Shown here in pieces: positions 53,801 to 64,000 of a DNA stretch of 64,000 nucleotides (within the stretch, counting starts at the first letter, position 1; the number at the start of each line of letters is the position of its first letter). Made by a program: the position numbers and the translations under genes. The stretch comes from Eledone cirrhosa (taxonomy: Eukaryota): positions 50,406,001 through 50,470,000 of the forward strand of contig OZ024746.1 of the NCBI GenBank assembly GCA_964016885.1, in the 5' to 3' direction. The notes beneath the pieces were generated by a model, which was given only the letters and a program-made list of their open reading frames with translations, did no database searches and was not told the origin of the DNA.

Positions 53801-56800
53801 GAAAAATTGTTTTTTTTCAAAAAAGTGATCTTTTTTCGATTTCGAAAATTGATATGTATTTTGTAAAATTGTTTTTTTTCAGAAAAGATTGATTTTTATC
53901 TTTCGAAATATATACTTTCTGATTTCGAAAATTGATATATATTTTGTATTTTTCAAAAATTTTTCAACGTGTCGAAACACAATGTAAAAACGCATATTTT
54001 TGAAAAAAAACATTTTTTCCAAATATTGTGTAAAGTGATCAATTTGTGAAAAACCTAAAAATATAAATGTTAGATACCAGAACTAAATATTTCGAAATGT
54101 ATAAAAAAATTGATTATTTTAGGTTTTTCACAAATTGATCATTTTACACAGTATTTCGAAAAATTGTTTTTTTTCAGAAAAGATTGATTTTTTTTCTTTC
54201 GAAATATATACTTTCTGATTTCAAAAATTAATATATATTTTGTATTTTTCAAAAATTTTTCAACGTGTCGAAACACAATCCATAAACGCATTTTTTAAAA
54301 AAAAACATTTTTTCTAAATACTTTGTAAAATGATCGATTTGTGAAAAACCCCAAAAAATCAATTTTAGATATCAGAAGTAAATATTTCGAAATGTATAAA
54401 AAAATTGATTATTTTAGGTTTTTCACAAATTGATCATTTTACACAGTATTTCGAAAAATTGTTTTTTTTCAAAAAAGTTTGATTTTTTTTCGATTACGAA
54501 AATTGATATATATTTTGTATTTTTCAAAAATTTTTCAACGTGTCGAAACACAATGTATAAACGCATTATTTTGAAAAAAAACATTTTTTCCAAATATTGT
54601 GTAAAGTGATCAATTTGTGAAAAACCTAAAAATATCAATTTTAGATACCAGAAGTAAATATTTCGAAATGTATAAAAAAATTGATTATTTTAGGTTTTTC
54701 ACAAATTGATCATTTTACGCAGTATTTCGAAAAATTGTTTTTTTCAAAAAAGATTGATTTTTTTTCTTTCGAAATACATACTTTCTGATATCGAAAATTG
54801 ATATATATTTTGTATTTTTCAAAAATTTTTCAACGTGTCGAAACACGATGAATAAACGCATTATTTTGAAAAAAAACATTTTTTCCAAATATTGTGTAAA
54901 GTGATCAATTTGTGAAAAACCTAAAAATATCAATTTTAGATACCAGAAGTAAATATTTCGAAATGTATAAAAAAATTGATTATTTTAGGTTTTTCACAAA
55001 TTGATCATTTTACACAGTATTTCGAAACATTGTTTTTTTTCAAAAAAGTCATTTTTTTTCGATTTCGAAAATTGATATGTATTTTGTATTTTTCAAAAAT
55101 TTTTCAACGTGTCGAAACACAACGTATAAACGCATTTTTTAAAAAAAAAACATTTTTACTAAATATTGTGTAAAGGTGAAAAACCTAAAAAAATCAATTT
55201 TAGATATCAGAAGTAAATATTTCGAAATGTATAAAAAAATTGATTATTTTAGGTTTTTCACAAATTGATCATTTTACACAGTATTTCGAAAAATTGTTTT
55301 TTTTCAAAAAAGTTTGATTTTTTTTCGATTTCGAAAATTGATATATATTTTGAATTTTTCAAAAATTTTTCAACGTGTCGAAACACGATGAATAAACGCA
55401 TAATTTTGAAAAAAAACATTTTTTCCAAATATTGTGTAAAGTGATCAATTTGTGAAAAACCTAAAAATATCAATTTTAGATACCAGAAGTAAATATTTCG
55501 AAATGTATAAAAAAATTGATTATTTTAGGTTTTTCACAAATTGATCATTTTACACAGTATTTCGAAAAATTGTTTTTTTTCAAAAAAGTGATTTTTTTTC
55601 GATTTCGAAAATTGATATGTATTTTGTATTTTTCAAAAATTTTTCAACGTGTCGAAACACAACGTATAAACGCATTTTTTTTAAAAAAAACATTTTTTCT
55701 AAATATTGTGTAAAGGTGAAAAACCTAAAAAAATCAATTTTAGATATCAGAAGTAAATATTTCGAAATGTATAAAAAAATTGATTATTTTAGGTTTTTCA
55801 CAAATTCATCATTTTACACAGTATTTCGAAAAATTGTTTTTTTTCAAAAAAGTTTGATTTTTTTTCGATTTCGAAAATTGATATATATTTTGTATTTTTC
55901 AAAAATTTTTCAACGTGTCGAAACAATGTATAAACGCATTTTTTTAAAAAAAAACATTTTTTCTAAATACTGTGTAAAATGATCAATTTGTGAAAAACCG
56001 AAAAAAATCAATTTTAGAAATCAGAAGTAAATATTTCGAAATGTATAAAAAATTGATTATTTTAGGTTTTTCACAAATTGATCATTTTACACAGTATTTC
56101 GAAAAATTGTTTTTTTTCAGAAAAGTTTGATTTATTTTCGATTTAGAAAATTGATATATATTTTGTATTTTTCAAAAGTTTTTCAACGTGTCGAAACACA
56201 ATGTATAAACGCATTTTTTTAAAAAAAAACATTTTTTCTAAATATTGTGTAAAGTGATCGATTTGTGAAAAACCCAAAAAAATCAATTTTAGATATCAGA
56301 AGTAAATATTTCGAAATGTATAAAAAAATTGATTATTTTAGGTTTTTCACAAATTGATCATTTTACACAGTATTTCGAAAAATTGTTTTTTTTCAAAAAA
56401 GTGATTTTTTTTCGATTTCGAAAATCGATATGTATTTTGTATTTTTCAAAAATTTTTCAACGTCTCGAAACACAACATATAAACGCATTTTTTAAAAAAA
56501 AAACATTTTTTCTAAATATTGTGTAAAGGTGAAAAACCTAAAAAAATCAATTTTAGATATCAGAAGTAAATATTTCGAAATGTATAAAAAAATTGATTAT
56601 TTTAGGTTTTTCACAAATTGATCATTTTACACAGTATTTCGAAAAATTGTTTTTTTTCAAAAAAGTTTGATTATTTTAGGTTTTTCACAAATTGATCATT
56701 TTACACAGTATTTCGAAAAATTGTTTTTTTTCAAAAAAGTGATTTTTTTTCGATTTCGAAAATTGATATGTATTTTGTATTTTTCAATAATTTTTCAAAG

Positions 56801-57984
56801 TGTCGAAACACGATAAAAAACATTTTTTCTAAAAATGATCAATTTGTGAAAAACCGAAAAAAATCAATTTTAGAAATCAGAAGTAAATATTTCGAAATGT
56901 ATAAAAAAATTGATTATTTTAGGTTTTTCACAAATTGATCATTTTACACAGTATTTCGAAAAATTGTTTTTATTCAGAAAAGATTGAATTTTTATCTTTC
57001 TGATTTCGAAAATTGATATATATTTTTTATTTTTCAAAAATTTTTCAACGTGTCGAAACACAATGTATAAACGCATTTTTTGGAAAAAAAACATTTTTTC
57101 CAAATATTGTGTAAAATGATCAATTTGTGAAAAACCGAAAAAAATCAATTTTAGAAATCAGAAGTAAATATTTCTAAATGTATAAAAAATTGATTATTTT
57201 AGGTTTTTCACAAATTGATCATTTTACACAGTATTTCGAAAAATTGTTTTTTTTCAGAAAAGATTGATTTTTTTCTTTCGAAATATATACTTTCTGATTT
57301 CGAAAATTGATATATATTTTGTATTTTTCAAAAATTTTTCAACGTGTCGAAACACAATGTATAAACGCATTATTTTGAAAAAAAACATTTTTTCCAAATA
57401 TTGTGTAAAGTGATCAATTTGTGAAAAACCTAAAAATATCAATTTTAGATACCAGAACTAAATATTTCGAAATGTATAAAAAAATTGATTATTTTAGGTT
57501 TTTCACAAATTGATCATTTTACACAGTATTTCGAAAAATTGTTTTTTTTCAGAAAAGATTGATTTTTTTTCTTTCGAAATATATACTTTCTGATTTCAAA
57601 AATTGATATATATTTTGTATTTTTCAAAAATTTTTCAACGTGTCGAAACACAATGCATAAACGCATTTTTTTTAAAAAAAACATTTTTTCTAAATACTTT
57701 GTAAAATGATCGATTTGTGAAAAACCCCAAAAAATAAATTTTAGATATCAGAAGTAAATATTTCGATGAATAAACGCATTTTTTTGAAAAAAAACATTTC
57801 ATCCAAAAAGTGATCAATTTATGAAAAACCTAAAAATATCAATTTTAGAAATCAGAAGTAAATATTTCGAAAAGTATAAAAAAATTGATTATTTTAGGTT
57901 TTTCACAAAATGATCAATTTGTGCAAAACCGAAAAAAATCAATTTTAGATATCAGAAGTAAATATTTCGAAATGTATAAAAAAA
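44882..57984. repeat. ~6.5-kb higher-order tandem duplication (44882-51449 and 51450-57984)
   Basis: Both copies begin with the GGTTTCTCAC allele and end with the 100-bp collapsed monomer. They share variants seen only here: ATAAAAGCATT (~45690/~52260), ACACCGTATTT (~45850/~52418) and GAAACATTG (~48753/~55024). ORF offsets are 6568, 6271 and 6535. Confidence 0.92.
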
Positions 57985-60900
57985 TTGATTATTTTAGGTT
58001 TTTCACAAATTGATCATTTTACACAGTATTTCGAAAAATTGTTTTTTTTCAAAAAAGTTTGATTTTTTTTCGATTTCGAAAATTGATATATATTTTGTAT
58101 TTTTCAAAAATTTTTCAACGTGCCGAAACACAATGTAAAAACGCATATTTTTGAAAAAAAACATTTTTTCCAAATACTGTGTAAAATGATCAATTTGTGA
58201 AAAACCGATTTCGAAAATTGATATATATTTTGTATTTTTCAAAAATTTTGCGTGTCGAAACACGATGTATAAACGCATTTTTTTAAAAAAAAAACATTTT
58301 TTCTAAAAATGATCAATTTGTAAAAAACCGAAAAAAATCAATTTTAGAAATCAGAAGTAAATATTTCGAAATGTATAAAAAAATTGATTATTTTAGGTTT
58401 TTCACAAATTGATTATTTTACACAGTATTTCGAAAAATTGTTTTTTTTCAAAAAAGATTGATTTTTTTCTTTCGAAATATATACTTTCTGATTTCGAAAA
58501 TTGATATATATTTTGTATTTTTCAAAAATTTTTCAACGTGTCGAAACACAATGTATAAACGCATTATTTTGAAAAAAAACATTTTTTCCAAATATTGTGT
58601 AAAGTGATCAATTTGTGAAAAACCTAAAAATATCAATTTTAGATACCAGAAGTAAATATTTCGAAATGTATAAAAAAATTGATTATTTTAGGTTTTTCAC
58701 AAATTGATCATTTTACGCAGTATTTCGAAAAATTGTTTTTTTTCAAAAAAGTGATTTTTTTTCGATTTCGAAAATTGATATGTATTTTGTATTTTTCAAA
58801 AAATTTTCAACGTGTCGAAAAACAACGTATAAACGCATTTTTAAAAAAAAAAACATTTTTTCTAAATATTGTGTAAAGGTGAAAAACCTAAAAAAATCAA
58901 TTTTAGATATCAGAAGTAAATATTTCGAAATGTATAAAAAAATTGATTATTTTAGGTTTTTCACAAATTGATCATTTTACACAGTACTTCGAAAAATTGT
59001 TTTTTTTCAAAAAAGTTTGATTTTTTTTCGATTTCGAAAATTGATATATATTCTGTATTTTTCAAAAATTTTTCAACGTGTCGAAACACAATGTAAAAAC
59101 GCATATTTTTGAAAAAAAACATTTTTTCCAAATACTGTGTAAAATGATCAATTTGTGAAAAACCGAAAAAAATCAATTTTAGAAATCAGAAGTAAATATT
59201 TTGAAATGTATAAAAATATTGATTATTTTAGGTTTTTCACAAATTGATCATTTTACACAGTATTTCGAAAAATTGTTTTTTTCAAAAAAGATTGATTTTT
59301 TTTCTTTCGAAATATATACTTTCTGATATCGAAAATTGATATATATTTTGTATTTTTCAAAAATTTTTCAACGTGTCGAAAGACGATGAATAAACGCATT
59401 ATTTTGAAAAAAAACATTTTTTCCAAATATTATGTAAAGTGATCAATTTGTGAAAAACCTAAAAATATCAATTTTAGATACCAGAACTAAATATTTCGAA
59501 ATGTATAAAAAAATTGATTATTTTAGGTTTTTCACAAATTGATCATTTTACACAGTATTTCGAAAAATTGTTTTTTTTCAGAAAAGATTGATTTTTTTTC
59601 TTTCGAAATATATACTTTCTGATTTCAAAAATTGATATATATTTTGTATTTTTCAAAAATTTTTCAAAGTGTCGAAACACAATGTATAAACGCATTTTTT
59701 TTAAAAAAAACATTTTTTCCAAATACTTTGTAAAATGATCGATTTGTGAAAAACCCCAAAAAATCAATTTTAGATATCAGAAGTAAATATTTCGAAATGT
59801 ATTAAAAAATTGATTATTTTAGGTTTTTCACAAATTGATCATTTTACACAGTATTTCGAAAAATTGTTTTTTTTCAAAAAAGTGATTTTTTTTCGATTTC
59901 GAAAATTGATATGTATTTTGTATTTTTCAAAAATTTTTCAACGTGTCGAAACACAACGTATAAACGCATTTTTTAAAAAAAAAACATTTTTTCTAAATAT
60001 TGTGTAAAGGTGAAAAACCTAAAAAAATCAATTTTAGATAACAGAAGTAAATATTTCGAAATGTATAAAAAAATTGATTATTTTAGGTTTTTCACAAATT
60101 GATCATTTTACACAGTATTTCGAAAAATTGTTTTTTTTCAAAAAAGATTGATTTTTTTTCTTTCGAAATGTATACTTTCTGATTTCGAAAATTGACATAT
60201 ATTTTGTATTTTTCAAAAGTTTTTCAACGTGTCGAAACACAATGCATAAACGCATTTTTTAAAAAAAAACATTTTTTCTAAATACTTTGTAAAATGATCG
60301 ATTTGTGAAAAACCCCAAAAAATCAATTTTAGATATCAGAAGTAAATATTTCGAAATGTATAAAAAAATTGATTATTTTAGGTTTTTCACAAATTGATCA
60401 TTTTACACAGTATTTCGAAAAATTGTTTTTTTTCAAAAAAGTTTGATTTTTTTTCGATTACGAAAATTGATATATATTTTGTATTTTTCAAAAATTTTTC
60501 AACGTGTCGAAACACAATGTATAAACGCATTATTTTGAAAAAAAACATTTTTTCCAAATATTGTGTAAAGTGATCAATTTGTGAAAAACCTAAAAATATC
60601 AATTTTAGATACCAGAAGTAAATATTTCGAAATGTATAAAAAAATTGATTATTTTAGGTTTTTCACAAATTGATCATTTTACGCAGTATTTCGAAAAATT
60701 GTTTTTTTCAAAAAAGATTGATTTTTTTTCTTTCGAAATATATACTTTCTGATATCGAAAATTGATATATATTTTGTATTTTTCAAAAATTTTTCAACGT
60801 GTCGAAACACGATGAATAAACGCATTATTTTGAAAAAAAACATTTTTTCCAAATATTGTGTAAAGTGATCAATTTGTGAAAAACCTAAAAATATCAATTT

Positions 60901-63070
60901 TAGATACCAGAAGTAAATATTTCGAAATGTATAAAAAAATTGATTATTTTAGGTTTTTCACAAATTGATCATTTTACACAGTATTTCGAAAAATTGTTTT
61001 TTTTCAAAAAAGTCATTTTTTTTCGATTTCGAAAATTGATATGTATTTTGTATTTTTCAAAAATTTTTCAACGTGTCGAAACACAACGTATAAACGCATT
61101 TTAAAAAAAAAAAACATTTTTACTAAATATTGTGTAAAGGTGAAAAACCTAAAAAAATCAATTTTAGATATCAGAAGTAAATATTTCGAAATGTATAAAA
61201 AAATTGATTATTTTAGGTTTTTCACAAATTGATCATTTTACACAGTATTTCTAAAAATTGTTTTTTTTCAAAAAATTTTGATTTTTTTTCGATTTCGAAA
61301 ATCGATATATATTTTGAATTTTTCAAAAATTTTTCAACGTGTCGAAACACGATGAATAAACGCATTATTTTGAAAAAAAACATTTTTTCCAAATATTGTG
61401 TAAAGTGATCAATTTGTGAAAAACCTAAAAATATCAATTTTAGATACCAGAAGTAAATATTTCGAAATGTATAAAAAAATTGATTATTTTAGGTTTTTCA
61501 CAAATTGATCATTTTACACAGTATTTCGAAAAATTGTTTTTTTTCAAAAAAGTGATTTTTTTTCGATTTCGAAAATTGATATGTATTTTGTATTTTTCAA
61601 AAATTTTTCAACGTGTCGAAACACAACGTATAAACGCATTTTTTTTAAAAAAAACATTTTTTCTAAATATTGTGTAAAGGTGAAAAACCTAAAAAAATCA
61701 ATTTTAGATATCAGAAGTAAATATTTCGAAATGTATAAAAAAATTGATTATTTTAGGTTTTTCACAAATTCATCATTTTACACAGTATTTCGAAAAATTG
61801 TTTTTTTTCAAAAAAGTTTGATTTTTTTTCGATTTCGAAAATTGATATATATTTTGTATTTTTCAAAAATTTTTCAGCGTGCCGAAACACAATGTAAAAA
61901 CGCATATTTTTGAAAAAAAACATTTTTTCCAAATACTGTGTAAAATGATCAATTTGTGAAAAACCGATTTCGAAAATTGATATATATTTTGTATTTTTCA
62001 AAAATTTTGCGTGTCGAAACACGATGTATAAACGCATTTTTTTAAAAAAAAACATTTTTTCTAAATACTGTGTAAAATGATCAATTTGTGAAAAACCGAA
62101 CATTTTTTCTAAATATTGTGTAAAGTGATCGATTTGTGAAAAACCCAAAAAAATCAATTTCAGAAGTAAATATTTCGAAATGTATAAAAAAATTGATTAT
62201 TTTAGGTTTTTCACAAATTGATCATTTTACACAGTATTTCGAAAAATTGTTTTTTTTCAAAAAAGTGATTTTTTTTCGATTTCGAAAATTGATATGTATT
62301 TTGTATTTTTCAATAATTTTTCAGTGTCGAAACACGATAAAAAACATTTTTTCTAAAAATGATCAATTTGTGAAAAACTGAAAAAAATCAATTTTAGAAA
62401 TCAGAAGTAAATATTTCGAAATGTATAAAAAAATTGATTATTTTAGGTTTTTCACAAATTAATCATTTTACACAGTATTTCGAAAAATTGTTTTTATTCA
62501 GAAAAGATTGAATTTTTATCTTTCTGATTTCAAAAATTGATATATATTTTGTATTTTTCAAAAATTTTTCAACGTGTCGAAACAATGTAAAAACGCATAT
62601 TTTTGAAAAAAAACATTTTTTCCAAATACTGTGTAAAATGATCAATTTGTGAAAAACCGAAAAAAATCAATTTTAGAAATCAGAAGTAAATATTTTGAAA
62701 TGTATAAAAAAATTGATTATTTTAGGTTTTTCACAGATCGATCATTTTACACAGTATTTCGAAAAATTGTTTTTTTTTCAAAAAAGTGATCTTTTTTCGA
62801 TTTCGAAAATTGATATGTATTTTGTAAAATTGTTTTTTTTCAGAAAAGATTGATTTTTTTCTTTCGAAATATATACTTTCTGATTTCGAAAATTGATATA
62901 TATTTTGTATTTTTCAAAGATTTTTCAACGTGTCGAAACACGATGAATAAACGCATTATTTTGAAAAAAAACATTTTTTCCAAATATTGTGTAAAGTGAT
63001 CAATTTGTGAAAAACCTAAAAATATCAATTTTAGATACCAGAAGTAAATATTTCGAAATGTATAAAAAAA
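57190..63070. repeat. Non-adjacent near-copy of ~38456-44067 (offset ~18.7-19.0 kb)
   Basis: ORF pairs 39579/58448, 40092/58961, 40674/59543, 41518/60387 and 42611/61480 are offset 18869, with flanking offsets 18734 and 19003. Shared rare variants are CAGTACTTCG, AGATAACAG and CCGAACATTTT. Confidence 0.88.
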
Positions 63071-64000
63071 TTGATTATTTTAGGTTTTTCACAAATTGAT
63101 CATTTTACACAGTATTTCGAAAAATTGTTTTTTTTCAAAAAAGTCATTTTTTTTCGATTTCGAAAATTGATATGTATTTTGTATTTTTCAAAAATTTTTC
63201 AACGTGTCGAAACACAACGTATAAACGCATTTTAAAAAAAAAAAACATTTTTACTAAATATTGTGTAAAGGTGAAAAACCTAAAAAAATCAATTTTAGAT
63301 ATCAGAAGTAAATATTTCGAAATGTATAAAAAAATTGATTATTTTAGGTTTTTCACAAATTGATCATTTTACACAGTATTTCTAAAAATTGTTTTTTTTC
63401 AAAAAATTTTGATTTTTTTTCGATTTCGAAAATCGATATATATTTTGAATTTTTCAAAAATTTTTCAACGTGTCGAAACACGATGAATAAACGCATTATT
63501 TTGAAAAAAAACATTTTTTCCAAATATTGTGTAAAGTGATCAATTTGTGAAAAACCTAAAAATATCAATTTTAGATACCAGAAGTAAATATTTCGAAATG
63601 TATAAAAAAATTGATTATTTTAGGTTTTTCACAAATTGATCATTTTACACAGTATTTCGAAAAATTGTTTTTTTTCAAAAAAGTGATTTTTTTTCGATTT
63701 CGAAAATTGATATGTATTTTGTATTTTTCAAAAATTTTTCAACGTGTCGAAACACAACGTATAAACGCATTTTTTTTAAAAAAAACATTTTTTCTAAATA
63801 TTGTGTAAAGGTGAAAAACCTAAAAAAATCAATTTTAGATATCAGAAGTAAATATTTCGAAATGTATAAAAAAATTGATTATTTTAGGTTTTTCACAAAT
63901 TCATCATTTTACACAGTATTTCGAAAAATTGTTTTTTTTCAAAAAAGTTTGATTTTTTTTCGATTTCGAAAATTGATATATATTTTGTATTTTTCAAAAA
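60940..64000. repeat. 2131-bp tandem duplication, second copy truncated by the window end
   Basis: ORF pairs 61041/63172, 61222/63353 and 61480/63611 are all offset 2131. Shared alleles are TATTTCTAAAAATTG and AAATCGATATAT. Confidence 0.88.

Larger units (their letters stand above)
1..64000. repeat. AT-rich satellite DNA array, ~264-295 bp monomers, about 230 head-to-tail copies, running off both window ends
   Basis: The string AAATATTTCGAAATGTATAAAAAAATTGATTATTTTAGGTTTTTCACAAATTGATCATTTTACACAGTATTTCGAAAAATTGTTTTTTTTCA recurs about every 265-295 bp from the first line to the last. The asymmetric motif TTCAACGTGTCGAAACAC was always seen on the + strand. No unique sequence was found. Copy number is estimated as 64000 divided by ~278. 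Confidence 0.99.

Noticed and set aside
393-63808. Large set of near-identical 60-146 aa F/K/I-rich ORFs on both strands (GFSQIDHFTQY motif), resembling a peptide gene family
   Set aside because: They are translations of the satellite. Composition follows A/T homopolymers, the same motif appears on both strands because of the inverted arms, many starts are TTG/GTG, and copies are freely frameshifted by 1-bp run changes and 10-bp deletions. No recognisable domain.
1-64000. CRISPR-like pattern of constant repeat plus variable spacer
   Set aside because: The variable parts are homologous alleles of one sequence rather than unique spacers, the unit is far too long, and no cas genes are present.
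1-64000. Whole array as an assembly or sequencing artefact
   Set aside because: Monomers carry consistent, hierarchically shared substitutions and junctions, as expected of real satellite evolution. Exact block order and homopolymer lengths still need read validation.

Overview
The whole 64-kb window is one uninterrupted, head-to-tail array of an AT-rich satellite DNA. A hand count over 621-900 gives about 20% GC. There are roughly 230 monomers, mostly 264-295 bp, and I found no inverted monomer. I found no credible gene, RNA gene, CRISPR array or inserted transposon, and the ORF track only translates the repeat. The interest is architectural. (1) Each full-length monomer is a foldback unit with two ~76-bp inverted arms (e.g. 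620-695 and 786-861, 4 mismatches, 35 bp perfect) around a ~90-110 bp loop and a ~33-bp linker, so arms alternate in polarity along the array. (2) The loop holds a second, nested inverted copy of the linker and arm end, plus a small CGTGT-CGAA-ACACG hairpin. (3) Monomers are mosaics of two near-invariant boxes and two variable cassettes. (4) Structural variants, including a 100-bp loop-less palindromic monomer, have junctions at internal microhomologies and have been amplified in higher-order duplications of 0.6 to ~6.8 kb. The source is probably eukaryotic heterochromatin or centromeric DNA. CpG excess suggests a lineage that does not methylate these repeats, but neither organism nor function can be determined from sequence alone.
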